Part shown: one piece after another, positions 38,150 through 52,460 of the stretch
How positions within the stretch are numbered: position 1 is the first letter of the stretch
Layout of the letters: the number at the start of each line of letters is the position of its first letter
Source: Octopus sinensis
Lineage: Eukaryota
Assembly: GCF_006345805.1 (NCBI RefSeq)
Contig: NC_043010.1
Location: forward strand, 52,700,001 to 52,764,000
Reading direction: 5' to 3'
DNA length: 64,000 bases
The notes under the pieces: generated by a model
The model's input: only the letters and a program-made list of their open reading frames with translations
Databases searched by the model: none
What the model was told of the DNA's origin: nothing
Program-made: the position numbers and the translations under genes

Positions 38150-39620
38150 CAGTCATAAACTAGAAAAAGATAGAAGGAATTTAGAAAACCAATGAAATGG
38201 ATGTGTGAAGGTGTAAACGAAACATTGAATGAATTAACAATGTAAATGAATAAAGGAATGAAAGGGGAAAGGATAAAAATGTAAATGAGAGACAAAGTGA
38301 CAAAAAATTATGAAAGAATAAAGGAATGAAAGGAGAAAGTGAAGGATTAAAAGTGTGCGAAGAAAGAAAAACTGAAAGAATTAAGAAAATGAAAGTATAA
38401 AAATAAATGAATGCAAAATAAATGAATAGAAGATTGAAAGAGAGAAAAGAAAAATAGACTTAAGGAATGAAGTAAAAAGAATGAAGGAAAGAATAAAACA
38501 GAGGAAAGAAAAACAGTGAAAGAATGAAATAATGAGAGATTTAAAAACAGAAAGGAATGAATATGAAAAATAAATGAATGAGAAAAATGACATAAATGAA
38601 AGCTTGAAGAAGAAGTTAAGGAAAACTGAATAAGGGAGAAAGGATTTTTAAAAATGAAAGAGAAATTGAATGAAAGAATAAAAGAATGAAAAGAAGAAAT
38701 GGCTGAATGTGTTAAAGAACAAAAAAATTAATTGAATAATTAAAAGAATGAAGGAATAAAAATTCAAGAAAGAAAAGAACAAAGGAGTGAAAGCAGTGAA
38801 GAAAGAAACAAAAATGGAAATGGAAAAAAATAAAGGATTGAAAGATGCGATAAATGAAAGAGTTAAAGGAGGAAATAAAGGGCAAAAGTATGAAAGAACA
38901 GAATGAAAGAAATAAAATCTTAATGAAAAAATAAAAGATTGAATGATAAGATTAAAGAATGAAATAAACAATAAATATTTGAAAGAAACAATGAATGAAA
39001 GAAAGGAAAACTTAGTGAATGAGTAAAAGAATGAAAAATAAATGGTAAATCAATAGAATAAAGGTATAAAACTTCAAAAAAAGAGTGAAAAATTGAACAA
39101 AATAATGAAGAAAAGGAAATGAATGAAGAATTGAAAGAATAAGATTAAAATTTTAAAGAAGAGAATAAAATGTTGAAAGAATAAATGAGTGAAAGAATAA
39201 AGAATGAAAGAATAAAGAATGAAAGAAGGAATGAATGATAAAATGAAAGAATGAAAGAAGAAATGTAGACAATGTTGAAAGTGAGAAATGAAAAAAAGAG
39301 TGAAAGAAAGAATAAAAAGAATGAAATACTTGAAGGATAAAATGATTGAAAGAAATAAAAGAGGACCAGAATAAAAGGAGTGAAATAGTAACAGAGCAAA
39401 AGAATAATAGAATGAAAGAATAAAATACGGAATGAGTGGAAGAATGAAAAAAGAGAAGAAAGAGTATTATTATAGAGAGAAATAGTGAGAGATTGGAAAG
39501 AAAGGAGAGAGAGTGGGGAGGAGGCAGAGTAGTAGTAAAAGGGATGGGAGAAGGGAGCAGGGGGAAAATGGAGAAAGGGAAGGAGGTAGAGAAAGAGCAG
39601 AGGAAGGAGGAATGGTGTTG
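38150..39620. repeat. About 1.5-kb purine-rich (GAAT/GAAA) low-complexity tract
   Basis: Almost no C on the plus strand; produces Phe/Ser/Leu-rich pseudo-ORFs on the minus strand. Confidence 0.85.
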
Positions 39621-40062
39621 TAGCAGAATGGAATGCAAGATGGTACATGCCATACAATCCTGCATGTATTGTAGATTGTCTCACACACATACGTATATAC
39701 ATACATACATATATATATATATACATACTTAGGCGCACCACACATGGTATAACATATTCTCATACACATACACCTTATAATGTATACAGCATACATACAT
39801 ACATACATACATACATACATAAGCACATACACATCACACAGACAACGTAAAACACACACAGACATATTCAGTAAATACATAAAAATAGCACACATACATA
39901 GTTACACGCACACACACATACACACACGCACACCACATACACTAGTATACATACACTGACTGAACAAAGACATAAACAAGCCCGAATAAATACAGTGGAA
40001 AGACACAACCACACAGCACACAAAAACCACATACATGCATACACACACACATTTATACATAT

Positions 40063-40108
<46 letters not shown>

Positions 40109-40109
40109 G

Positions 40110-40140
<31 letters not shown>

Positions 40141-40479
40141 GGTGTCTCACGTACACACATATACAGAACAAAACACACGCTCAAACACTTGTAATACAAA
40201 GATACCACACAGCACATCTATGGCGTCTCGCTCATTCGAACACGTACGTATACAGAATAAAGATGCAGCATACATAAGCATGCACATACACATGGTAAAA
40301 ACATACAACACAGTACTCATTCATGCTTTCTCTCTCTCTCTCTCGCTGTCTTTCTCACACATATGCACATAGAAGGAACAGAGACAATACAACATAGAAA
40401 TGCACAAACAATACAGATGCATACAAACACATACACACACATTCTTTTTTACTTACGTACATACACACATTTATGCATA

Positions 40480-41130
40480 CATATATACATACATATAAAC
40501 GTACTTACAAAACGTCCATACATAAATAGGAACATACATGCATACAAAAGCACTTACATACATACAAACCCACTTACATACGTATAAATGTACTACATAT
40601 ATACATATATGTATACATACATACATACAAACGTCCATACATGCATATATACGTACTTACATACATACAAGTGTACTACATATATACATATATACATACA
40701 AGCTTCCATACATGCATACATACATACTTACATACAAACGTACTACATGTATACATACATATATGCATACATACATACATACAAACTTCCATACATGCAT
40801 ATATACTTACATACAAACGTACTACATATATACATATATGCATACATACATACATACGTACATACAAACGTCCATACATGCATATATACTTATATACAAA
40901 TGTACATGTATACATACATGTATGTATTCATACATACATACATACAAACGTCCATACATACATACAAACGTACTACATATATACATATATACATACGTGC
41001 ATGCATACAAACGTCTATTCATGAATACACACATACTTACATACATACAAACGTACTTCATATATACATATATGAATTCGTACATGCATACAAACGTTCA
41101 TACATGCATACATATGTACATACATACATA
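40480..41130. repeat. (CATA)n-derived minisatellite with about 60-70-bp higher-order units
   Basis: Recurring catacaaacgtactacatatatac and catacaaacgtccatacatgc blocks. Confidence 0.85.
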
Positions 41131-41816
41131 CATAAGGAACAAATACATCAACAGCACACACATACACAATAACCATGTAAACCATAATACAGCATAGAAC
41201 AACAATGCACACACACACACGCATACACTGCTCCATACGTTCACACACACACATACATATAGACACACGTGATTGTTCTGGTATTCAAGTTTGCCTAAGT
41301 GTTAATATATTTATGCGTATGATCACGTATTTATGTATGTGTGTGTATATATGCAAATGTGTATAATGCCTACATACATATATATATATACATGCATGTG
41401 TATGTTTACATATGTATGTATGTGTGATAGGTATATATGTATACATGTATGTATGTGTATGTATGAGTGGTTTGTGTGTAAGCAAGATGTGTGTGTGCAT
41501 ATTTTGTATATACATGTGATATGTATCTATGTATGCATGCAAGGTGTGTGTTTGTGTGTTTATATATCAGGTATATATGTATGTGTGAATGTAAGGTGTG
41601 TGTGTTTGTGAGTGTGTATATCATGTATATTAAGAATGGTATGTGTGTGTATGTATATTAAGAGTGGTATGTGTGTGCATGTATATATATATATATGTGT
41701 GTGTGTATGGCATGTATATGTGTATGTGTGTAACGATCTCCCAGTAAATGAGTATATGTGTGTGTGTGTGTGTGTGTGTATAAAATGATGTATGCATACA
41801 TATGGCATGTGTGTGC

Positions 41817-41855
<39 letters not shown>

Positions 41856-42441
41856 GTACTGATGTCATTCAGCGTGAGTCAGTTGTGCGGAAGCAATCAA
41901 CTGGGCCCTACCTTTCTTCCCACCCAAACACCAACCACCACCACCACCACCACCACCACCACCACCACCTCCACCATGGCTGTCGCCACCATCGCCTTTT
42001 TCCCTGTCGCACTCTGCGCTCCCCCTTTCTCTCTCTCTCTCTCTCTATCTTGTTCTCTTCCTCTAACTTTACTCCTCTTCTTCACCTCATCCCTCTTCTG
42101 CGTGCACTTCAACCACCCCCTCATGCACACTGCGCTCGCACACACACACGCACACACACACACACACACTCTGTGGTGCTGGTTTGTCGTTGTCTACCAG
42201 TCAGCTGCTGGCGTGCAGCTTCAACGATGCATGACTCACAGTTAGGATGCCGACCAAGGAATTTACAATATAGTAATGCACACATGTGTGTATGCGTATG
42301 TGTGTCTGTGTGTTTGCTAATGTGTGTGCTTATATATGTATGTTTACGTGTGTCTACATATGCAGGTATAGGTGCTTATATATGTCTACATGTGTGTCTC
42401 TGAGCATGGGTTTATATGTTTATGAATTTAATTGTATATGT

Positions 42442-42475
<34 letters not shown>

Positions 42476-42900
42476 AGAAAATAAGGTGGCTAGCAGCAGG
42501 CTGTTTCGCCTCATACCGAAGGAATTAGAAATGGCAGTCAAAGACCGTTTTTTCCATTTTCTATAACATTTCTATTGCATATATATATATATATATATAT
42601 ATAAAGATAGATAGATAGATATTTGTGTATCTGATAGCATGGTTGCATAAATGCATGTGTAGTAAAGTAATGTGTACATGTGGTATGTGGCATAATGTGA
42701 AAACATGAAATGTATGCATGATTACATACATACATAGAAAAACACACACACACACACAAATGCACACCCACCAGAATATGAAATGTGCGAATGTGGATGT
42801 TTTTACAGAATGTGAGAGGTGCCAGAATCTGAGATGTGGGATGTATGCATGTGTTTATGAACAGAGTGTGTTTTAGTGCATATGTCTGTTTGTGTGTCAG

Positions 42901-43200
42901 ATTGCGAGATGTATGCAAAAAGTGAGATGCATGCACAAAATGTGGGATGTATGCACAAAATGTAAGATGCATGAACAAAATGTGAGATGTATGCACAAAA
43001 CATGAGATGCATGCACAGAATGTGGGATGTATACACAAAATGTGAGATGTATGAACAAAATGTGAGATATATGCAAAAAACATGAGATGCATGCACAGAA
43101 TGTGGGATGTATACACAAAATGTGAGATGTATGAACAAAATGTGAGATGTATGCATAAAATGTGAGATGTATACAAAAAATATGAGATGTATGCATATGC
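42901..43200. repeat. 20-bp minisatellite (about 15 units) with an 80-bp higher-order repeat
   Basis: Unit TGTGAGATGTATGCACAAAA; 43001-43080 and 43081-43160 repeat the same four-variant order. Confidence 0.9.
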
Positions 43201-44740
43201 TTGTGTTTATGAGTAGAATATGATTTAATGCTTATGAGCAGGATGTGATTTAGCAGGTTTTGTCCCAAGCACCAATATCAGTTTCTGCCACCATTTTACA
43301 ATGTGTATGTGAGCAATAATTCAACTTGTATACATGAGTGCACACGTGCCATATGTTATGTATATCTATATATTGTTGTTGTTGTTTGTTCCTTTTCAAG
43401 AGCTATGCCTGGCTATTAGGGCTGGTTTCCCGGTTTCCTTGGTGTATAGGTTCCCCACCTGGATGGGACGCCAGTCCGTCGCAGGTGAGCTGCAAGATGC
43501 AGGAGGAAAAAGTGACAGAAAGTTGTGGCGAAAGAGTCAGCAGAAGTTTCACCATTACCATCTGCCAGAGCCACATGGAGCTTAGGTGTTTCGCTCATAA
43601 ACACACACATCTCCCGGTCTGAGATTTGAACCCATGATCCCTCGACAATGAGTCTGCTGCTCTAACCACTAGGCCATGTGCCTCCACATATCTATATAAA
43701 CATATATATATATATATATATATACTATTGGCTAAACTGGCAAAATGACCATTCCACAATATAACAATATATATATATATACACACACACACACATTCTC
43801 TCTCTCTCACTCATTCATACAATTATATATATGTGTGTGTGTGTCTTTATATATAAAACTCTTTGGACTCCATCGGTCACAAATGACCATGGGTGCACCT
43901 AAGAAGTTCCCCTCCAGGGTACAAGTATGGACAGAAAGTGGCCTCACCGGTGAACACACAACCTAGGGTTGTTTTTATGTAAGACCAGCAGTCACCCATG
44001 CATACCAGCGTCCCCTGTCCATACCACCGATGTTATCCAAGGGAAAGGAAAAGACCAATACAGCTTGAAACCAGTGACATCACAACTCATTTCTACAGCT
44101 GAGTGAACTGGAGCAATGTGAAATAAAGTGTCTTGCTCAAGAACACAACATGCAGCCTGGTCCGGGAATCGAACTTACAACCTCACAATTGTAAGCTCGA
44201 TGCTCTAAATACTAAGCCATGCACCTTCGCATGTGTGTATAAATATTGATGCATTGTTGTACCACTATCTTATTTATACTTTAACCTGATGGTGCTTTGT
44301 TTTACTGGGAAGCAATACTACTGCACTGCACTATTTAATAATTTTTTTCTTTGAAAACTCTTTCACTGTTCTTGGTCTGATAATGGCTAGGCGTTTCAGA
44401 CGAGTATATACTGGCATTAATGTAGTGACATTTGAGATTTTGTCTAAGTGAATCCAGCCAATGAGAACTAATCAAATTTATGGTAAGAAACATAATTTGG
44501 AAAGCTTGAAACCTAGGTCCTAGATTATCCATATTTGGGTTGTACATTTATTTAATGCTTTTCCAACAGCTAAGATGAAATTTTTTATGTTTGCCAGTAT
44601 ATATACACAGTGGAGCTTTACTATAGCATCGTATATTATCAACTGCTATTTCCAGTAAATACTGGTGCATCATTGCACCACTATCTTATTTAAACATGTA
44701 TGTACGTATGTATCTATATCTATATCTATCTATCTATATA

Positions 44741-44772
<32 letters not shown>

Positions 44773-44781
44773 GTATATATA

Positions 44782-44816
<35 letters not shown>

Positions 44817-45765
44817 CTCTTTACTCTCTTTACTCTTTTACTTGTTTCAGTCATTTGACTGCGGCCATGCTGGAGCACCACCTTTAGTCAAGCAAATCGA
44901 CCCCAGGACTTATTCTTTGTAAGCCCAGTACTTATTCTATCGGTTGCTTTTTGCCGAACCGCTAAGTGACGGCAACATAAACACACCAGCATCGGTTGTC
45001 AAGCAATGCTAGGGGAACAAACACAGACACACATACATATATACGACGGGCTTCTTTCAGTTTCCGTCTACCAAATCCACTCACAAGGCTTTGGTCGGCC
45101 CGAGGCTACAGTAGAAGACACTTGCCCAAGATGCCACACAGTGGGACTGAACCCGGAACCATGTGCTTCGTAAGCAAGCTACTTACCACACAGCGACTCC
45201 TGCACCTATATATATATATATATATATAAAAAAATTCCTATCTTTCTCACTACAGTTTCATGCTTTCATACATAGAAGAATATGATTTATTTCTATTTCT
45301 GGCATGACTGATCTTAGCTGGCCGTCAGTCTTGCATATAAACACATGGGATTTTAAATTTCAAGATAATAAAACACATACAACACTTTCACCTTCTCATA
45401 TACACATATGTGTGTGTGTGTGTGTATGTAAATATATGTATATATACGTTTATATCACGTGATCACGTGACTGACCAGACCATCAGATGTTGTTACACAT
45501 CGCTGGTCACAATGCGTTCGCATTGTTTTAGCCTTCAAATGATGCCACCCCACTGGCTAAGAGAGCAGGCCAACAGAAAAAAGAGTGGGAGAAAGAGTGG
45601 CGAAAGATACAGCAGGGATAACCACCCCTCTGCCGAGCCTCGTGGAGTCTTTTAGGTGTTTTTGCTCAATAAACACTCACAACTTTCGGTCTGGGAATCG
45701 AAACCGCGTTTCTATACGACTGCTGCTGCCCTAACCACTGGGCCATTGCCGCCTCCACACGTGTT

Positions 45766-45801
<36 letters not shown>

Positions 45802-46689
45802 ATATATACATACATATATATATATGTATGTCTGTGTGTGATGCAATCATGCATGACACTGAACTCCACTCATAGTGCTTTGATCGACCAGTAGAAGTCA
45901 CTTCCCAATGTGCCAGCCAGTGGGACTGAACTCAGAACCAGTGGTTGACGCACAGTTTTTTCCTCACACTCATGCCTATACCCTGCCTCTCACTCTCTCT
46001 TTACATGTATATATATGTGTGTATATATAATGTATATAACACCACACATATATATATATATATACATATATAGATAAATTATATATATATATATACATAT
46101 ATCTATCTATTTATATGTAAGTGATGCTATTGTATGTCATAAAGTGTGGTGTACGTCAATTAGTATAATCACTTGAGGTTTTAAAAATTATGTATCAAAC
46201 TTAATTTCATCATGACAAAATAGCAGTTACTGTCACATGCCTGTATGTGGCGTGTGATGTGTGTGTGTGGTTATGGGTTTGTGTATGAGGAGAGCATATA
46301 TATTTTAGGTAACTTTTTTTTCTGACACAGAAGGAAAACATCAGTTCACCGGTCAGACACAGGTGTCAAGCCGTGCTGGACCCCAAAAGGGCTGTTGGAA
46401 TTGTGAGGCGGCTGAAATATGCACCTTTGCAAACCCAAGCGGTATATGCAGACCATACAGCCACACATATACATAAGTGGTATAATACGATTAGGGTACG
46501 GGATAATTTACCACACAGACACGTGGCAAGGGGGAGGCAGAAAAAGGCCAAGAGATTGTAAATGACGGAAAAAAATGGAGTTCAAGAAGCGGCTTTGGAG
46601 TTACTGCAGAAGGAGATGAAAAAAAGAGATAGCACTCAGACGCATTTTGAGGAGGAAGAACAGAGAAGAGTAAGTTTCAGAAGAAACAA

Positions 46690-47250
46690 ATGGAAAGGGT
46701 GAAGAAAGACAACAGAAGAAAGAAGAGATCAAAAGAGAGTGAAACAGACAGCAAGAGGAAAGAAAGAGATAAGATGGGAGGAGCAGGATAAGAAGAAAAA
46801 CCTAAAGAATAGTAGGAGGAAGAAGAGAAAATCAATAGATAAAAGAAGAAAAGAGAAAAGAGGAGAGAGAGAAAAAAAAAAGAAGAAGAAAGACAGAGAG
46901 ATGGGGCCAGAAATAAGAGAGAGAGAAAGAGAGAAAGATCAAGTAGAATAATGGAGAAGAAAAATGAAGGAAAGAGAGATAAGAGAAGAGAGAGAGACAG
47001 ACAGACGAGAAGAATAAGACAGACAAACAGAAAGAATAGAGAAAGAGAGAGAGAGAAAATGTATGTTTGTGTGTGGAAATAAAAGATCAAGGTAGAAATA
47101 AAGAGAGAAAGAGAGAGAGAGTGTGTGTGTTGATGTGGGGAAAAATAGGAAGAAAGAGAGAGTGTGTACGTGTGTGCGAGAAAGAAAGGGAGAAAGAGAG
47201 AGAGAATGAGAGAAAGGGAGAGAGAGTAGTGGGAGGAAAAGTGGGGAATC
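46690..47250. repeat. GA-rich polypurine tract
   Basis: (GA)n and GAA runs. Confidence 0.8.
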
Positions 47251-47668
47251 ACAGATATAACAAGCATCCAAGACTCCAAGACAGATCGACCGTTCCCATG
47301 GTGCCGCTATAGCGACATATCCGTTAACAAGAGCAGACATACCGGAATGGGGTCGGTGGCATGGAAAGGGAGAAAAAGGGGGATTTTTCTCTCCTTTCTA
47401 CTTTAAGTGCATGAAGAGGCTGGTATAATAATTTAGGGATCTCAGAGTCTACTTCGGCTTCTTAGTTTTTGTTTTTATTTGCATTTTATGTTGTTTTATA
47501 TTCGTGTGTTTTTGGTTTTGTAATTTTTTTTTGGTGTATGTGTGTGTGTTTGTATATGCATGTTTATGTGTGTGTGTGTATTTGTATATTGTAGCAGCTT
47601 TCTTGACAAATGAAGGAAATTTTTCATTGCGTTTCAAGAGATTACATTGACATGTAGAAATATTATAT

Positions 47669-47699
<31 letters not shown>

Positions 47700-47705
47700 C
47701 TAATA

Positions 47706-47745
<40 letters not shown>

Positions 47746-49694
47746 CATATATATATATATATAAAAATATATGTACATATATATACTATATATATATACA
47801 CACACATCACATTATTTTATAGATATATATTTATATATGTATAGATATTTATATGCATATTTATATATATTTTTATATGTATATATAGCTACATGTATAT
47901 ATATATTTATATATGTATCTATATTTATATGTATATTTATGTATATATATTTATATATGTATCTATATTTATATGTATATTCATATATGTATATATATCT
48001 ATATTCATATATGTTTATATATATATATATATTCTTTTCTTTTTGGCATTTGGTTGGAAAAAAAGTCTGTTGACATCTGGATTTTTGTGTATGTTGTGTG
48101 TGTGTGTGTGTGTCTTTGCGTGTGTCTGAGTGTTTATCTGAGTGTGCGTTTGAAGAAATCGCGTTGATATTTTCAGATAGATTTTTGTCACAAGGAATTG
48201 AGATTTTATTCAAACAATATATATTGGCAGGCAAATAAATCAAATTATTATTATTGTTGTTGTTGTTGTTGTTCTGATTATCATTATTATTGTTGTTTTT
48301 GTTGTGATTATTATTATTGTTGTTGTTGTGATTATTATTGTTATTATTATTATTAAGGTGGTGAGCTGGTAGAATCGTTAGCACACTGGGTGACATGCAC
48401 AGAAGTATTTCATCTGCCGCTACATTATGGGATCAATTCTGCCGAAGTTGACTTTGCCTTTCACCCTTTCGGGGTCGATTAAATAAGTACCAGTTATGCA
48501 CTGGGGTCGATATAATCGACTTATTCCCTTCCCCAAAATTTCAAGCCTTGTGCCTATAGTAGACAGGGTGAATGTTGGAAGAATGGCGAGTGTGAAAGGA
48601 CCAATTCTGAGCATGCATTTGTAAAAAGGGGATCAAAGGAGAAGGGCTCTTGCTCTGTTGTTCAGGCTCCCGTGACTTTTGTGGGTTTTTCCACAAGGAC
48701 CTTAAAGTACCTCCCCTATTGGGAGTTTAATTTGTTTAATTTTTAATTGTTATTTATATTGATTACACACTGTAAAACCCTTTGTATCATCCTGCTTTTG
48801 TCTTTTATGTTATTGCATAATGTTATTTTATGTGAGCCCTTGTGGATAATAAAAGAATAAATTATTATTATCATTATTATTATTATTATTATTATTACTA
48901 TTATTCTTATTGCTTTCTTTGTTCTTGTTATTGCAATTATCATTAATTATTATTGTTTTTACCATTTTGCTTGAATGTTGTATGTTTCTGTCATATATAA
49001 TAAATATTTGATTTTTAAAGACAATACAATTAAAAAATTTGAGAAATTAAATTGAATTTCAAATTTTTGACAGAATGACCAGAAAATTTTTCATTCTGTT
49101 TGTTTTGGAAAAACTGTGCACTGACATCTAAAGATATTATTTAACTGTTCAATATTTGGTAGATTGAGGGCGGTGAGGTGGCAGAGTTGTTAGCATGCCA
49201 GACAAAATGCTTAGCAGTATTTCATCTGCCGTTTACGTTCTGAGTTCAAATTCCACCGAGGTTGACTTTGTCTTTTATCCTTTCGGAGTCGATTAAATAA
49301 GTACCAGTTATGCACTGGGGGCGATGTAATCGATTTAGTCCCTTTGTCTGTCCTTGTTTGTCCCTTCTATGTTTAGCCTCTGTGGGCATTAAAGAAATAA
49401 ATATTTGGTAGAATGGGGCAAATGTCGAGTGCATCATCTGCTACACCATGTTGGTGGGGTGTGTGCAGCATTGCATGTTCTTTTCTGCTGCGCAAACTCT
49501 TTTCAATACTGTATTGTGTTAGTTTTTTTCCTTGAGGTGTGATACTGTCTTTTGTTGTGTTGTTACTGATTGTGCTGTGTGTTGAGTGTGTAACGCTTTG
49601 GTTTTCTAACTTGCTGGTGGTAGTTTATTTCACTGGATAAATGGTATATAGAGTGTGTTTTGTATTTGTGGGTTGTTTTGTTTAGGTTGTATAA

Positions 49695-49870
49695 TTGGAT
49701 TGATAGTGTCTTGCGTAGAATGTGGGCAGTTCTTAGCAGGGCTATTTTTTGGACAGTGTGTAGTGTTGAGGACCCAGGCATAGCATCTACAGTTTTGTTC
49801 ATCTGATATTTTATCATGTCCAATGCTCCAATTATAAATTCCCCAAGGCAGTGCCTTGAGGAATTTTGTC
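49695..49870 (-). mobile_element. C-terminal relic of an R4/Dong-like RLE retroelement
   Basis: DMIKYQMNKTVDAMPGSSTLHTVQKIALLRTAHILRKTLSIQ matches the QKxALLGTAHILRKxLS terminus. Confidence 0.75.
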
Positions 49871-50320
49871 AAATGAATTGATCCCAGTACCTATTTGTTT
49901 CAAGTCTGGTACCTATTCTATTGAACTCTTTTGCCAAATTGCTAAGTTATGGGCACATCAACACACCAATACCAGTTGTCATGCAGTAGCGGAGGACAAA
50001 CACAGATACACAGACACATACACACAAACATATATGTCTACATACAATAGGCTTCTCACAGTTTCTGTCTACCAAATCCAGTCACAAGATTTTGGTTAGC
50101 CTGGAAGGTGCCATGCAGTGGGACTGAACCCTGAATCACGTGGTTGGAAAGCAAGCTTCTTACCACACAGCCATGTCTATACCTTCAAATATTCCTATGA
50201 ACATACCATATTGGAAATATCTCCACTGTTCAATGCCTCTAAAGGGAGATTTTGTCTACTAACTGTTTAGATAATCTCACCTGATTACAGTTTTAATTTA
50301 CTATATTAGAATTCTAATGT

Positions 50321-50450
50321 GGCTTGATTGTTAGTGTAAGAGGCTAACAATCGTATGATTGTGAGTTCAATTCCAGGTGTGCAGTGTGTCCTTGAGCAAG
50401 ACACTTTATTTCACATTGCTCCAGTCCACTCAGCTGGTAGAAATGAGTAG
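50321..50450 (+). mobile_element. CORE-like SINE family E
   Basis: tRNA-like head plus ccttgagcaagacactttatttcacattgctccagtccactcagctgg, resembling the CORE domain. Minus-strand copies near 2370-2500, 8400-8550, 12545-12710, 43855-44230 and 58615-58937. Confidence 0.65.
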
Positions 50451-50992
50451 TACTCATATTTCAAAGGGACAGTATTGTCACATTCTGCGTCATGTTGAGT
50501 CTCCCTGAGAAGTACGTGTCTGTGGAATGCTCAACCACTTTGCACATTAATTTCATGAGCATGGTTGGTGTTCCAGCAGTGGGATCGACTGGAACCCTCA
50601 TTGTCGTGACAGAGGTGCCAGTTAAAGGTGGTAAGCTTGAAGAATTCCTAGCATGTTGAACAAAATACTTAACAACATGTCTTTTGGTTCTTAACAGTCT
50701 GAGTTCAAATCTGATTGAAGTCAACTTCGCCTTTTACTACTCTGCGATTGATGACAGCCTCTATATGGCCACATGGCTTGCTAGAAATAACAGCTAAATC
50801 TCCTTGAAATTACACCTTCACTTTCTTAAAAGAAAAAAAAAAAGAAAAAGGAGATATTGGATTGTATGAGCCTAGACTCCGAGATATATTGTGTCCAAAT
50901 GCCAGCAATCAAAGGTCAGCTGATTTGGAACCAAACAACAGCAACAAATAGGAGTTGTTTCTTCTGCTATAAAATAAACGTGCGAAGTTTAC

Positions 50993-51076
50993 CTTCTGTT
51001 TGTAGAGATCAACTGTCTCGATCTGTCTTCCATTTCGTCCCCTGTGGCGCCTCACAGCAATAGCTTCGTCTCCTCC
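50993..51076 (-). CDS. 84-nt exon: either GGDEAIAVRRHRGRNGRQIETVDLYKQK (phase 0 to 0) or 5'UTR plus start MEDRSRQLISTNR (phase 2)
   Basis: Acceptor ttttctttctttttaccAG, donor AAG|GTaaac; the internal ATG is in a good context (GAAATGG). Assignment to the Myt1 gene rests on strand and position only. Confidence 0.55.
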
Positions 51077-51237
51077 CTGGTAAAAAGAAAGAAAAGAACA
51101 TAAAACTATACTGATGATGATAGTGTTAACGATGATAAAATGACAATTTGGTGTAAATGTGTATATATATATATATATATACTTATATATATAAAGGTAC
51201 ACATGCACATACACAGACACATATATATATAGAATAT

Positions 51238-51269
<32 letters not shown>

Positions 51270-51271
51270 CT

Positions 51272-51391
51272 GCTTATGGCCATATCACGTTGAAAGCACC
51301 GATTCTCGTCCAACCAACAAAGTTAAGCAACGTCGAGCCTAGTTAGTACTTAGATGGGTGACCGCTTGGGAAACCTAAGTGCTGTAAGCGT
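51272..51391 (+). rRNA. Second dispersed 5S rRNA copy (probable pseudogene)
   Basis: Same 5S sequence with several substitutions in the middle (gtccaaccaacaaag). A TTTTT run lies a few nt downstream and is followed directly by a SINE head. Confidence 0.85.
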
Positions 51392-51585
51392 CACACATTT
51401 TTAGGCACAGGAGTGGCATTGTGGTAAGTAGCTTGCTTACCAACCACATGGTTCTGGGTTCAGTCCCACTGTGTGGCACCTTGGGCAAGTGTCTTCTACA
51501 ATAGCCTCTGGCCGACCAAAGCCTTGTGAGTGGATTTGGTAGATGGAAACTGAAAGAATCCTGTTGTATATATGTATGTGTATAT

Positions 51586-51634
<49 letters not shown>

Positions 51635-52387
51635 ATATGTTTGTGTGTATGTGTTTGTCCCACCAACATCGCTTGATAACCAATGCTGGTATGTTTACGC
51701 CATCGTAACTTAGCGGTTTAGCAAAAGAGACCGATAGAATAAGTACTAGGCTTATAAAGAATAAGTCCTGGGGTCAGTTTGCTCGATTAAAGGCGGTGCT
51801 CCAGCATAGGTGCAGTCAAGTAAAAGAGTAAAAGAGTATATATACATCAGCAGTGGTTTAACTACTAAGCAACATAAGCATGTGCACAGAAGTAGTCACT
51901 TTAAGCTTGCTAAAATAATATTTGAAGTATATTTGTATGGTCAGAAATGTATTTTTGAACTGTTCATGGAATCATAGTGAAGATCTGATCAAAGATTTTG
52001 TAATTAAAAAAAAAAGTTGGCGAAAGATTTCCAAATATAAATTAAGTGGTTAGTTTTGTTTCATTTTGAAATTCATTTTATGGTTTATTATAAATTCATA
52101 TATGGTTTATTATTGTTTATATTTTTGAATAATATATCATCATCATCATCATCATTTAACATCCATTTTCCATGCTGGCATGGGTTAGGTGGTTTGAGTA
52201 GAACCGGTCAGCCGGAGAGCTGCACCAGGTTCCAGTCTGATTTGGCACAGCTTCTATGGCTGGATGCCCTTCCTAATGCCAACCACCCTGAGAGTGCAAT
52301 GGGTGCTTTTTACATGCCAGCGGCAACAGTCATACGTGCAGTTTCATTTGGCTTGACAAATCTTCTCAAGTACAGCATATTTGCATG

Positions 52388-52460
<73 letters not shown>

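Larger units (their letters stand above)
335..51076 (-). other. Myt1: 5' portion of a Myt1/Myt1l/St18-family C2HC zinc-finger gene; continues past position 1; very large repeat-filled introns
   Basis: Chain of minus-strand AG/GT-bounded exons. Spliced 14361-14490 + 4268-4289 + 335-397 reads ...TTAKRK-E-TLPESG-G-CPTPGCSGQGHITGKHARHR-T. The upstream extent is uncertain. Confidence 0.8.

Noticed and set aside
42517-42560. 44-nt minus-strand exon candidate with donor GTATGA
   Set aside because: Purine-rich, weak acceptor; the phase fit alone is not enough evidence.
46562-46705. Short plus-strand ATG frame MTEKNGVQEAALELLQKEMKKRDS...
   Set aside because: Under 50 codons, at the edge of a polypurine tract, with no homology or partner exons recognised.
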